Shown here piece by piece: positions 8,518 through 18,204 of a DNA stretch of 26,449 bases. The stretch is taken from the NCBI GenBank assembly GCA_948552115.1, contig CAOWNX010000001.1, positions 1 through 26,449 of the forward strand. Reading direction: 5' to 3'. The position numbers were made by a program, and so were the translations under genes. Within the stretch, counting starts at the first letter, position 1. Every line of letters starts with the position of its first letter. The DNA comes from an uncultured Bacilli bacterium (GTDB lineage Bacteria; Bacillota_I; Bacilli_A; RF39; UBA660). The notes under the pieces are model-generated. The model had not been told where the DNA came from and made no database searches. It saw nothing but the letters and a program-made list of their open reading frames with translations.

Positions 8518-9111
8518 GTGATTGGGTTGCTATCGTTAGAGGAACAAAAAAATAAAATTAAGAAAGGTTTTTGGGAATCTTTTTTAATATCTGGGTTATT
8601 TATTTTCTTTGCTGTCATTTTATTGTTTAAAGAAGAGGATATTTTAAGTACATTAATTTTATCAATTGGAATGCTCGGAATTGTTTTTGGAGTGCTTCAT
8701 TTCCCTCTTTATTTTCGTTTACCAAGAGAAACAAGAATTTATAGTAATGATTTGACGAAGGGACTTGTGTTTGTACTTTTTGGAGGTATTGCTATTTTAA
8801 AAAATGATTTGCTTGTCGATATGGCAACTATTGTAATTGGAGCATATTTGATTTATAAAAATGCAAATCGAATTCAATTGTGTTTGAATTTTGATGATGG
8901 AACAGATCATTATTGGAAATATCTTGCTTGTTTTAGCGTAGTTGCTATTTTTTTAGGAATTTTAATACTTTTAAATCCATTTTCAAATATTCCAATTTCT
9001 ATGGTGTTATCTGTTTGTGTGATTGCTTCAGAAGGAATTAGTATTATTCAAACGATTGCTATGATGGTAGGTATTCGGAGGAACCATGGAAAATCAGAAG
9101 AAAAAAAATAA
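8518..9111 (+). CDS. DUF308/HdeD-like membrane protein
   Basis: About six hydrophobic segments; LGILILLNPF motif. Confidence 0.7.
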   Translation: MIGLLSLEEQKNKIKKGFWESFLISGLFIFFAVILLFKEEDILSTLILSIGMLGIVFGVLHFPLYFRLPRETRIYSNDLTKGLVFVLFGGIAILKNDLLVDMATIVIGAYLIYKNANRIQLCLNFDDGTDHYWKYLACFSVVAIFLGILILLNPFSNIPISMVLSVCVIASEGISIIQTIAMMVGIRRNHGKSEEKK

Positions 9112-10654
9112 TTTTTTAACACTATTGATGCAATTACCTTTTAAGATTTTATTTAGTCGTTTTACACTTGCATTACTTGCCTTGTTGATTCAAGCTCTCA
9201 TTATTTATTTTTGTGCTGCTTTTTTTCAAAGATATTTATTATTGTTGTTTGGTGGTTCAGCAGTATTTGGATTTATCTTAACAATATATATTATTAATCA
9301 GCCAGGTAGTCCTTCTTTTCATATTTCTTGGATTATTTTAATTTTACTTTTTCCTGCTTTGGGCGTTTTTATTTATTTGTTTGTTAAACTTCAAGTGGGA
9401 GTCCATGCTCTTTCTAAACGTTATCAAATGCTACGAAATGATATGAGTATTTATTTGCGTCAGAACGAAAAGGTATTCAATCAAATAAAAAAGGAAGAAG
9501 AACATGTATTACGTTATGTTACTTATATGAATCGGATTAGTGGATATCCAATTTATCAACATACAAAAACAAAATATTATCCTTTGGGAGATGATATGTT
9601 TCCTGATTTGATAGAAGATTTAAGGCATGCCAAAGATTATATCTTTTTAGAATATTTTATTGTAGCAAAAGGGTATATGTGGAATACTATTTTGGATATT
9701 TTAAAAGAAAAGGTAAAAGAAGGTGTTCGAGTATATTTTATGTATGATGGAACTTGTTCCTTTATGTTACTTCCAAGAAATTATCCAGAAGAATTAAAAG
9801 CTTTTGGAATTCATTGTAAGGTTTTTAATCCAGTCGTACCCGTGATTTCAACACAGTATAATAATCGAGATCATCGAAAGATTGTAGTTGTGGATGGAAA
9901 AGTTGGATATACTGGTGGTGTTAATTTAGCAGATGAATATATTAATCAACTCGAGCGTTTTGGTCATTGGAAAGATAATGCGATTCGAATTGAAGGAGAA
10001 GCAGTAAAAAATTTTATTTTGATGTTTTTAGAAAATTGGTTTGTAGATGAAAAAGGTCCTCAGGATTATGATACATTTTTAAATGGAGTTGTTTCAAAAC
10101 GTAGTTCTAGTTATGTATTACCATTTGGAGATAATCCTTTTGATCAATATCCAGTTGGTCAAGTGAGTTATTTACATTTGATTCAAACTGCCAATCATTT
10201 TATTCATATTATGATGCCATATTTTATTGTTGATCATGAAATGTTACATTCTCTTTGTAATGCAGCGATGAGTGGAGTAGAAGTAAAATTACTTATGCCT
10301 CATATTCCGGATAAGACCTGGATTTATTATGTTGCTCGAACTTTTTACAAAGAACTTATTTCTAGTGGCGTAGAAATTTATGAATATACACCAGGTTTTG
10401 TTCATGCAAAAATGGTTATTGCGGATGGTAGAGAAGCTATTATTGGTTCGATTAATATGGATTATCGAAGTTTATATCTTCATTTTGAAGATGCTGTTTA
10501 TTTGTATCAAGATTCTAGTATTTTAGATATGGAAAAAGATTATCAGAATACTTTAGAGATGTGTGAATTTATTACATTAGATCATTTAAAAAAATATCCT
10601 CTTTGGAAGAGAATCATTGGTAGAGTTTTACGAGTCATTGCCCCTTTGTTATAA
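9086..10654 (+). CDS. cls: Cardiolipin synthase
   Basis: Two PLD HKD motifs (HRKIVVVD...GGVN and HAKMVIAD...GSINMD); N-terminal TM helices. Confidence 0.95.
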   Translation: MENQKKKNNFLTLLMQLPFKILFSRFTLALLALLIQALIIYFCAAFFQRYLLLLFGGSAVFGFILTIYIINQPGSPSFHISWIILILLFPALGVFIYLFVKLQVGVHALSKRYQMLRNDMSIYLRQNEKVFNQIKKEEEHVLRYVTYMNRISGYPIYQHTKTKYYPLGDDMFPDLIEDLRHAKDYIFLEYFIVAKGYMWNTILDILKEKVKEGVRVYFMYDGTCSFMLLPRNYPEELKAFGIHCKVFNPVVPVISTQYNNRDHRKIVVVDGKVGYTGGVNLADEYINQLERFGHWKDNAIRIEGEAVKNFILMFLENWFVDEKGPQDYDTFLNGVVSKRSSSYVLPFGDNPFDQYPVGQVSYLHLIQTANHFIHIMMPYFIVDHEMLHSLCNAAMSGVEVKLLMPHIPDKTWIYYVARTFYKELISSGVEIYEYTPGFVHAKMVIADGREAIIGSINMDYRSLYLHFEDAVYLYQDSSILDMEKDYQNTLEMCEFITLDHLKKYPLWKRIIGRVLRVIAPLL

Positions 10655-10693
10655 TTTTATGAGATGTGGAATAGATTTTTTGTAGGTGGTTCT

Positions 10694-11488
10694 ATGAAAA
10701 ATCTTTTTCTTTTTTTGAAAGGTCTCTTCATAGGAATTGGTAAAATTATACCTGGTGTGAGTGGATCTTTGCTTGCTGTGATGCTAGGAGTTTATGAACA
10801 AGCTATTTATTCGATTAATCATTTGAAGGAGGATTATCGTAAAAGTCTTTCTTTTTTGATTCCTTTGGGGTGTGGGATTGTTCTTTCTGTTGTTTTTTTT
10901 AGTCATATTCTACTTTATTTTTTAACTCATTATTCTTTTTTTACGATGACTCTTTTTTTGGGACTTATTTTGGGAACGGTTCCAAGTTTTCAAAGAGATA
11001 TTTCCTTTTCTCGAGGACGTGATTTTTTTCTTTTTGGTATTAGTTTTTTGATTCCTTTTTTGATTCCTATTTTTTCTTTTTCTGTTTCGTCTTCTTTTTC
11101 TCTTTTTTCATTCTTCCTTTATTTTTTTCTAGGTTTTTTGGATGCTGCAACGATGATTATTCCAGGTATTAGTGGTACATCTATTTATTTGATGTTAGGA
11201 GTTTATGAAAATGTTTTATTTGTTTATAGTCAACCACTACAAAATATTATGATTACAAGTTGTTTTCTTTCAGGTCTTTTGATAGGGATTTTTTTGGTGA
11301 GCTTTTTGGTGGAATTTTGTTTGAAAAAAAATCGTAATTCCTTTTTTATCTGTATTGATGGTCTTCTTTGGAGCAGTATCTGTTATTTGTTTCAAAGCAT
11401 TTTTGGTTTGATTACATTTTCTAATTTATTTTTTTTCTGTATGGCTTTTGGAGTAGGTTTTGCTATTACAAAATTATGTTCAAAATAA
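10694..11488 (+). CDS. DUF368 family membrane protein (undecaprenyl-phosphate translocase family)
   Basis: Duplicated IIPGVSGS / IIPGISGT motifs. Start placed at ATG 10694 after SD AGGTGG; the ORF is open from 10664. Confidence 0.88.
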   Translation: MKNLFLFLKGLFIGIGKIIPGVSGSLLAVMLGVYEQAIYSINHLKEDYRKSLSFLIPLGCGIVLSVVFFSHILLYFLTHYSFFTMTLFLGLILGTVPSFQRDISFSRGRDFFLFGISFLIPFLIPIFSFSVSSSFSLFSFFLYFFLGFLDAATMIIPGISGTSIYLMLGVYENVLFVYSQPLQNIMITSCFLSGLLIGIFLVSFLVEFCLKKNRNSFFICIDGLLWSSICYLFQSIFGLITFSNLFFFCMAFGVGFAITKLCSK

Positions 11489-11547
11489 ATTTTTTCATGG
11501 ATTGCTTTTTTTTACTTCTTTTTTTATAATTTTTTTAGGTGGTTATA

Positions 11548-13218
11548 ATGCGTAAGTTTTTTCAAAAACACGGTTTCGCTTTGTTGGGAATTTTTTTCAT
11601 TAGTTTTGTTTTGTTATTACCATTTTTTTTTCATCCTTATATTGAAAATGATGATACTTGGTTCCATTTAATGAATATTGGTCTTATCAAAAACATGATT
11701 CAAGAAAACTTTTGGAGTGGACTATTTGGAAAAATTTTACCTTTTGTGGGGAATGGTCTTGGGTATGGAACTCGTTTATTTTATCCTCCACTTGCTCATA
11801 CTTTAGGAGCTTATTTGTCTTATGGTTTGGAATTCTTGCATTTGGATATTCTTACTTCTTTGAAAATTTTTCATTTTCTTATTCTTTTTGGTTCTGGACT
11901 TACGATGTATTATAGTAGTTATTTTTTTCATCGAAGTCGTAAACTCGCTTTTTTTAGTTCTGTTATTTATATGGCGAGTAGCTATCATATGTGTGAAATT
12001 TATGTTCGAGATTCTTTGGGAGAAAGTTTACTTTTTATTTTTTTACCTTTGATTTTTGTCTCGATTTCAGCTTTACTTCAGAATAAGAAAAAAATATTTT
12101 ATATTTGTTTTGTTCTTGGTTATGTTGGAGGAATTTTATCTCATTTTACCATGATGATTTATGTTACTTTGATTCTGGGAGCAAGTATGCTATTTTATTA
12201 TAAGAAAGTATTTCGTAAAGAGTTTTTGGTTCCTTTTTTGAAAGCTTGCGTTATCGTGCTTTTATTGACAGCTTTCTTTTTTGAACCGATGTTCGAACAT
12301 AAGTTGTTTGGTCATTATATGGTTTATAAAGATTGGTATATGTCTTGGGGGATTTGGCATACCACATTATGGGGTATTGAGTATTTTATTGATTTGTCAA
12401 AAAATTTTGTTTCTTATCGTTTTTCTCTTGTTGTGCTTGGGATGATGGGATATGTTCTTTTTAAAAAAAGACATGAAATATGTAGTGAAAAATATTTATT
12501 GATTACTGTTTTTTTAGGAATTAGTTTTTTGATGTCTATTCGTTTATTTTTTCCTTGGCTTTTTCTTCCTTATTTGTTTTTTATGATTCAATTTGGATGG
12601 AGACTTGTGTTATTTGTTGTGTTTGGTGTCGCTTTATTATCTCCTCTTGCCTTACAATCTTGTAAAAATCGAGTAGTTTTTTTGGGCATTATTTTGTGTG
12701 TGATTGTTTCTGGTATGATGCTACCTTCGAATGAACGTCCTGATTTGGATTTGAATCGAATTAATTATGCAGCTATTATGGGTTGGCAGCAAGAGTATTT
12801 ACCAGAAAAAATTGGAGCGAATGAAGAAAATAAAATTTATTTTGAAAACCGTAATCAAGATATTTTGATTCATGGTGATGGGGAAGTTCAAGTATTTTCT
12901 AATCATGTTCCAAATATGGTATTTGAGATAAATACAGATTCAGAAGTTGAAATTGAGTTTCCACGTATTTTTTATTTCGGTTATGTGTTAAGAAGCGAGG
13001 ATGGTCGAATTATTCCTGTTTATGAAAATGAGCATGGTTTGGTGACAGCAATTGTTGATAGTGGTACTTATGAGTTGCGTTTTGATGGGTCTTTCGGATA
13101 TCGCATTTGTCTTGGTATATCAATTTTGACTTTTTGTTTTCTTCTTGTTTTTGGATTCTTTTCTATTTTTCGGTCAAGGTTTCAAAAAATCAGTAAGGTA
13201 GGGGGAGAAATTGTATGA
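11548..13218 (+). CDS. GT-C-type integral membrane protein (PTPS-related / YfhO-like putative glycosyltransferase)
   Basis: DDTWFH in the first loop, FYPPL, RDSLGE, many TM helices, C-terminal extracellular domain plus TM; SD AGGTGG before ATG 11548. Confidence 0.72.
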   Translation: MRKFFQKHGFALLGIFFISFVLLLPFFFHPYIENDDTWFHLMNIGLIKNMIQENFWSGLFGKILPFVGNGLGYGTRLFYPPLAHTLGAYLSYGLEFLHLDILTSLKIFHFLILFGSGLTMYYSSYFFHRSRKLAFFSSVIYMASSYHMCEIYVRDSLGESLLFIFLPLIFVSISALLQNKKKIFYICFVLGYVGGILSHFTMMIYVTLILGASMLFYYKKVFRKEFLVPFLKACVIVLLLTAFFFEPMFEHKLFGHYMVYKDWYMSWGIWHTTLWGIEYFIDLSKNFVSYRFSLVVLGMMGYVLFKKRHEICSEKYLLITVFLGISFLMSIRLFFPWLFLPYLFFMIQFGWRLVLFVVFGVALLSPLALQSCKNRVVFLGIILCVIVSGMMLPSNERPDLDLNRINYAAIMGWQQEYLPEKIGANEENKIYFENRNQDILIHGDGEVQVFSNHVPNMVFEINTDSEVEIEFPRIFYFGYVLRSEDGRIIPVYENEHGLVTAIVDSGTYELRFDGSFGYRICLGISILTFCFLLVFGFFSIFRSRFQKISKVGGEIV

Positions 13219-13604
13219 AACAAAAAAGATTATTATTATTTCTTTGTTTATGTATTGGAATTTGTGGTTGTGGAAATCAAGAAATGCTAATGAAAGATTC
13301 GCGTGGTCTTTATTTAATATCCGATTCTTTTTCCATTTATTCTGATGAAGAGGATCCAACGTTTCTGGAATATGGAGAAAAAACCTCTATTAAAACTTTT
13401 TTACCACAATCGAATTGTTTGCCTGATTGTATTCATGGAAAAGAAAAACCTTTTGAAGTTTTAGAGGATGCAACAATTTATGAGTATATGGTAGAGGATG
13501 ATTTGTATTATTTTATTCAGTGTCATAAAAGTAATTCAAAATATCATGAAGGGAAAGATATTTTAATAGGTAAAAATAAGGGAAAATTACTTTTGATGTG
13601 TTAA
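13215..13604 (+). CDS. Putative lipoprotein
   Basis: MKQKR + hydrophobic stretch + ICGC lipobox-like site; ATGA overlap with the upstream stop; SD GGGGAG. Confidence 0.65.
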   Translation: MKQKRLLLFLCLCIGICGCGNQEMLMKDSRGLYLISDSFSIYSDEEDPTFLEYGEKTSIKTFLPQSNCLPDCIHGKEKPFEVLEDATIYEYMVEDDLYYFIQCHKSNSKYHEGKDILIGKNKGKLLLMC

Positions 13605-13727
13605 GGAATAATTTTTTTCGAAATACTTAAATATCAGTTTTTTGGCTATTCTATTTTCTTCTTTCCATTTAGAAAATTTTTCTATTCTTTTTTCTTTTTA
13701 ATATTAGAAAAATATGGGAATGTGATT

Positions 13728-13743
13728 ATGACTAATTTGTCAT
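13728..13743. promoter_or_regulatory. Palindromic box ATGAC-N6-GTCAT (copy 1)
   Basis: ATGACTAATTTGTCAT, overlapping the first base of the -35 element. Confidence 0.6.
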
Positions 13744-13771
13744 TGCTTTTTTCGACAAGATGTATTATAAT
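13743..13771 (+). promoter_or_regulatory. Sigma-A promoter of the gntR-GT2 operon
   Basis: TTGCTT, 17-nt spacer, TATAAT. Confidence 0.7.
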
Positions 13772-13777
13772 TGTACC

Positions 13778-13798
13778 TGTACTAACCCAAGTAGTACG
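13778..13798. promoter_or_regulatory. YtrA-type operator
   Basis: TGTACTA-ACCCAAG-TAGTACG, i.e. TGTA-N13-TAC; lies between the -10 element and the gntR start. Confidence 0.7.
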
Positions 13799-13827
13799 GT
13801 TATATAATTAGAGAAAAGGGGGATACT

Positions 13828-14178
13828 ATGATTGATATTGATTATCAAAGTAGAATACCGATTTATGTACAAATCGTTAATGAAATTGAAAAATGTATTA
13901 TTCATGGGAAATTAAAACCGGGAGATCAAATGTTGAGTATCAGAGAACTTGCTAGTGAACTGGGAATTAATCCAAATACGGTAAAAAAGTCCTATGCAGA
14001 ACTTGAAAATAAGAATATTATAAGAAGTGTATCGACGAAAGGTACGTTTATTACATCAAGAATTGAAGAGATTGTGCAAAATAAAATTAATCAATCGTTA
14101 GAATTGATTAAAAAAGAAGTAGAAGAATTAAAAATGCTTGGTTTGAATGAGACAGATATTATGGAAAGGATAAAGTAG
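13828..14178 (+). CDS. GntR family transcriptional regulator, YtrA subfamily
   Basis: PIYVQIV...LKPGDQMLSIRELASELGINPNTVKKSYAELE...KGTFI; short (116 aa) with a small C-terminal domain. Confidence 0.92.
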   Translation: MIDIDYQSRIPIYVQIVNEIEKCIIHGKLKPGDQMLSIRELASELGINPNTVKKSYAELENKNIIRSVSTKGTFITSRIEEIVQNKINQSLELIKKEVEELKMLGLNETDIMERIK

Positions 14179-14187
14179 GTGTTGTAA

Positions 14188-15417
14188 ATGTTAGTTATGC
14201 TTTATTATATTATATTTTCTATTACCTTTATATATGGAATGTATTTTGCAATTACTGGTCTTTTTGGGTTTAAAAATTATCATAAAAGTATGTTTGGAAA
14301 ACATAAGCCAAAACATAAGTTTGGAATTGTGATTCCAACACGTAATGAAGAGAAGGTAATTGGTGCTTTGATTCAAAGTTTACAAAAACAAAATTATCCA
14401 CATGATTTATATGAAATCTTTGTGGTTCCAAATAATTGTACTGATGATACAGAAGGTGCTGCAAAAGAGGCAGGTGCTACGATTATTCATTGTACCGTAC
14501 CTGTAAAGTATAAAGCAGATGCGTTAAAATTTACATTTCATAAATTACAAAAGAGAAAAGATATTGATGCTTTTGTGGTGTTTGATGCTGATAATTTAGT
14601 TCATCCAGATTTCTTAGCGCGTATGAATGATGCATTGTGTGAAGGAGTACAAGTAGCACAGGGATTCCGTGATGCAAAAAATATGGGAGATAACTGGATT
14701 ACAGGTGGATATACATTGTTCTATTTTATTCAAAATTTCTTTTACAATCGTGCTCGTATGAATTATGCTGGTTCTGCTACGATTAATGGTACGGGATTTA
14801 TGATGCGTAAAGAAGTGGTAAAAGATGGATTTAATACAGTAACCATTACGGAAGATAGTGAGTTTACAGGACAATGTGCCATTCGTGGAATTAATGTTGC
14901 TTTTGTAGAAGAGGCAATTACTTATGATGAACATCCAATTACGTTTAAGGAAAGTTGGAAACAGAGAAAACGTTGGACGAGTGGAACGTTATGTTGTTTA
15001 AGTACTTATTGGAAAAAATTAATTTCAACGTTTGTAAAGACTGGTAATATTGCATGTTTTGATATGTTAATGATGTATATGGCACCACTTATGATGTTAG
15101 TGACTTCCGCATTATCTGTTGTACTTATCTTATTTCATGTAGCAGGAGTGGAACTATTTGATTTCTTCTCTTACTTATATGCTTCTGGTATTGTGTTCTT
15201 TATTATTTTCTATTTCTTAAGTGTTTTAATGAATATTTTTGTTGTAAAATATAATCATAAGAAACCAAAAGATGTTTTGTCAGGAATTTTCTTATTTACG
15301 GTTTTCTTATTATCATGGATACCAATTAATGTTGTTTGTTTATTTAAGAAAACAGATTCTTGGGAACAAATAAAACATGGACAAAGTGATGTCGATTTAG
15401 ATAAATTATTGAATTAA
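14188..15417 (+). CDS. GT2 family membrane glycosyltransferase (cellulose synthase/IcaA-like processive signature)
   Basis: IPTRNEE, FDAD, TED and QRKRW motifs; N- and C-terminal TM helices. Confidence 0.9.
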   Translation: MLVMLYYIIFSITFIYGMYFAITGLFGFKNYHKSMFGKHKPKHKFGIVIPTRNEEKVIGALIQSLQKQNYPHDLYEIFVVPNNCTDDTEGAAKEAGATIIHCTVPVKYKADALKFTFHKLQKRKDIDAFVVFDADNLVHPDFLARMNDALCEGVQVAQGFRDAKNMGDNWITGGYTLFYFIQNFFYNRARMNYAGSATINGTGFMMRKEVVKDGFNTVTITEDSEFTGQCAIRGINVAFVEEAITYDEHPITFKESWKQRKRWTSGTLCCLSTYWKKLISTFVKTGNIACFDMLMMYMAPLMMLVTSALSVVLILFHVAGVELFDFFSYLYASGIVFFIIFYFLSVLMNIFVVKYNHKKPKDVLSGIFLFTVFLLSWIPINVVCLFKKTDSWEQIKHGQSDVDLDKLLN

Positions 15418-15444
15418 TCTTCTTTTGAAGATTTTTTCTTTTTT
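15416..15444 (+). terminator. Rho-independent terminator
   Basis: AATCTTC-TTTT-GAAGATT followed by a T tract. Confidence 0.7.
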
Positions 15445-15446
15445 CT

Positions 15447-15488
15447 ATGACATTTTGGTCATTTTCTTTTTTTCTCTTATGTTATAAT
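15447..15488 (+). promoter_or_regulatory. ATGAC-N6-GTCAT box (copy 2) and extended -10 promoter of the two-component operon
   Basis: ATGACATTTTGGTCAT (15447-15462); TGTTATAAT (15480-15488); no good -35. Confidence 0.65.
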
Positions 15489-15512
15489 AATTTTTAGAAA
15501 TGTGGTGAGTCT

Positions 15513-16193
15513 ATGGTACCTATATTAATTGTAGAGGATGAAGAAGCAATTTTAACTGGTTTGAAATATTGTTTGGAACAAGAAAATTTTCTTTGTTATT
15601 CTGCTACTTGTGGGCGTGATGCTATTGATATTATCTCGAGAAAGGAAATTGATTTGGTATTGCTTGATCTGAATTTGCCAGATATGAATGGTTTTTCTGT
15701 CATGGAAGAAATGAAAAATCAAAAAGATGTTTCTATTATTTTTTTGACTGCCAATTTGGAAGAAGTTTCTATTGTCAAAGGGCTTGATATGGGAGCGGAT
15801 GATTATATTACAAAACCATTTAAAACGAGAGAGTTGATTAGTCGAATGAAAGCAGTTTTAAGAAGAAATCAAAAAAATGCAACCAATTTGATTCATTTGG
15901 GAAATGTTTTGATTGATTTGAATTCTGCAAAGGTTTTAAAAAATGGTCATGATGTGATGTTAACCGCTTTGGAATATAAAATATTACTTACTTTAGCAAT
16001 GAATCCAAATATGGTTTTTACAAGGGAAAAGATTTTGGCGGATATTTGGGATGTTAATGAAGAATATGTCAATGATAATACATTAACGGTCTATATTAAA
16101 CGAATTCGTGAAAAGATTGAAGACGATGTGAATCATCCTAAAATTATTTTAACGGTTCGAGGAGTTGGTTATAAAATAGGAGAAATCTCATGA
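15513..16193 (+). CDS. OmpR/PhoB family response regulator
   Basis: ILIVEDE, LLDLNLPD, GADDYITKPF, TLTVYIKRIREKIE, TVRGVGY. Confidence 0.97.
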   Translation: MVPILIVEDEEAILTGLKYCLEQENFLCYSATCGRDAIDIISRKEIDLVLLDLNLPDMNGFSVMEEMKNQKDVSIIFLTANLEEVSIVKGLDMGADDYITKPFKTRELISRMKAVLRRNQKNATNLIHLGNVLIDLNSAKVLKNGHDVMLTALEYKILLTLAMNPNMVFTREKILADIWDVNEEYVNDNTLTVYIKRIREKIEDDVNHPKIILTVRGVGYKIGEIS

Positions 16194-17410
16194 AATTTTT
16201 TCAAATGTATAAAAGAGAATTGTTTACTTTTTTTCTTCTATTTTTCCTATCTTTTTTTATCATTTTTTGTTTTAGTCAATTTTTACTGAAACAATATCGT
16301 CGAAATTTTTTTGAAACGCAAGTGAATTTTATCAATGATATGGTTCTTGCATATCCTGAGTTAGAATACGACATTATGAAGATTTATAAGAATCCAAGTC
16401 AAAATTTTTCGATGGATTTGTTAAAAAAATATGGTTATACAGATGATGAACATTTGTCTTACTTGAATTATATTTCTTCTTTGGAAACGATAACAAAACA
16501 AAGTTTTTTTCTAAGTTTTTTGCTTTTATTCTTTTTGATTGGGGGATTTGTAATTTATTTTTATTATCAAAAATATAAAAGAATTCAAGATGTTCATGAT
16601 TATTTGTTTCGAGTTTTGCAAAATGATTATTCGGTTGATTTAAAGGATTATCAAGAAGATAGTATTAGTAGTTTAAAAAGTGATTTGATGAAAGTTACAA
16701 GTAAATTACGTAATATTAGTGAATCGTCTTTGAGAGATAAGAAAAATTTAGAACGAACGCTTTCAGATATTTCTCATCAACTTCGTACTCCTCTGACTAG
16801 TATGTATTTGATTAACGATATTTTGAGTTCTTCGAAATCAAAAAAATCAGAAGTAAAAAAGTTTTTGTCACAACAAAAGGAACAACTAGAGCGAATGGAA
16901 TGGCTTATTGTAACTCTTTTGAAAATGAGTCAGATCGATAGTGGTACGATTGTTTTTCAAAAAACTCCAGAGTGTGTTAAAAAAATTGTTTTACAGGCGT
17001 TACAGCCTTCTTTAATCCCTTTAGAACTTAAAAATATTCAATGGGATGTTGATATTCTTGATGATTTAACTTGTGTTTGTGATTTTCACTGGACGATTGA
17101 AGCTTTGGTCAATATTATAAAAAATGCGATGGAACATACGTTAAGTGGAGGTTGTATTCATATTTGTGCAAATGATAATCCACTTTATGTAGAAATTTTG
17201 ATTCAAGATAATGGTATCGGAATTAAAAAGGAAGATCTTTCACATATTTTTGAACGTTTTTATAAAGGAAATACGAAGTCAGAAAGTATTGGAATTGGAC
17301 TTAATTTGTCGAAAACGATTGTTGAGAAACAAAACGGGACAATTCACGTAGAAAGTAAAGAAGGAGTTGGTACTACTTTTATTATTCATTTTTTTAAGGT
17401 AACTGTATAA
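16190..17410 (+). CDS. Sensor histidine kinase
   Basis: Two TM helices; DISHQLRTPL H box; NIIKNA, DNGIGI, IFERFYKG and GIGL boxes; ATGA overlap with the regulator. Confidence 0.96.
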   Translation: MKFFQMYKRELFTFFLLFFLSFFIIFCFSQFLLKQYRRNFFETQVNFINDMVLAYPELEYDIMKIYKNPSQNFSMDLLKKYGYTDDEHLSYLNYISSLETITKQSFFLSFLLLFFLIGGFVIYFYYQKYKRIQDVHDYLFRVLQNDYSVDLKDYQEDSISSLKSDLMKVTSKLRNISESSLRDKKNLERTLSDISHQLRTPLTSMYLINDILSSSKSKKSEVKKFLSQQKEQLERMEWLIVTLLKMSQIDSGTIVFQKTPECVKKIVLQALQPSLIPLELKNIQWDVDILDDLTCVCDFHWTIEALVNIIKNAMEHTLSGGCIHICANDNPLYVEILIQDNGIGIKKEDLSHIFERFYKGNTKSESIGIGLNLSKTIVEKQNGTIHVESKEGVGTTFIIHFFKVTV

Positions 17411-17436
17411 TTCTATGTTTTGTCATAGAATTTTTT
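17409..17436 (+). terminator. Rho-independent terminator
   Basis: AATTCTATG-TTTTGT-CATAGAATT plus T run. Confidence 0.65.
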
Positions 17437-17474
17437 GAAATTTTTATGTATAATAAAAGAATAAGGGTGACTAT

Positions 17475-18191
17475 ATGAAGAAGCTAGAACAGAGTATTTT
17501 GGTGATATTAATTGTTACATGCATTGGAATGTGCTTGGGAAGTATTCTTATTGCTTTTCAAAGAAGTAAAGGAAGCCAGTCAAAGCTGGAAGAAAATCAA
17601 AATCAAATCTTTTTTCGTCCTTCGGAAGAAGATCAGATTAATGAGTTGTTAAAAAATCAAGTTTATCCTGCTCTTATGCATCATCAAAAATTCCCATCTT
17701 CTTTGTTTAATACTTCTTCTAATTTATTAAATACGGAAGAAGATCGATTTTATTTCGTTTTTGAAATGATGCGAACAAGTATGTCTGGTGAAGTTCTTTG
17801 TGACGATATATTAGATAATCAATGTCGTGTGAAGTCTTCGGATTTTCAAAGCCAAGCAATGAAAATTTTTGGACGTCGTATTAATATGAGTTTGATTTTA
17901 AATGATTATATTTATATGTCAGGAGAATATATTTATTCAGATTATATTAAAGATTTTACACCAAGTTTTGTTCTTCGTTTTTCTTCTTTGATAGAAGAAA
18001 ATGGAACTTATGAATTGACACTCGATTTTTATACGAGTATCGAAGGAGGATCTGTGAATTATCGAGATGTTAGTTCTTGGGATATTTCTACTTTAATTTC
18101 TCAAAAATATTTATATGGAAAACTTGTTTTTTCTTACCAAGTTCAAAATAGTGAAAAAATAATTACTGCAGTTTCTTTTACAAGATTGTAG
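17475..18191 (+). CDS. Hypothetical membrane-anchored extracellular protein
   Basis: Single N-terminal hydrophobic helix; SD AAGGGTGA; TATAAT at 17449-17454. Confidence 0.75.
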   Translation: MKKLEQSILVILIVTCIGMCLGSILIAFQRSKGSQSKLEENQNQIFFRPSEEDQINELLKNQVYPALMHHQKFPSSLFNTSSNLLNTEEDRFYFVFEMMRTSMSGEVLCDDILDNQCRVKSSDFQSQAMKIFGRRINMSLILNDYIYMSGEYIYSDYIKDFTPSFVLRFSSLIEENGTYELTLDFYTSIEGGSVNYRDVSSWDISTLISQKYLYGKLVFSYQVQNSEKIITAVSFTRL

Positions 18192-18204
18192 TTTTTTTTC
18201 TTTT

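Noticed and set aside
10850..11130. Phase-variable poly-T tracts in the DUF368 gene
   Set aside because: Runs are about 8 nt or shorter, the frame is intact, and they reflect Phe-rich TM segments in a T-skewed region.
11658..14934. Short alternative-frame or antisense ORFs within the GT-C, lipoprotein and GT2 genes
   Set aside because: Nested in longer supported CDSs; expected by chance.
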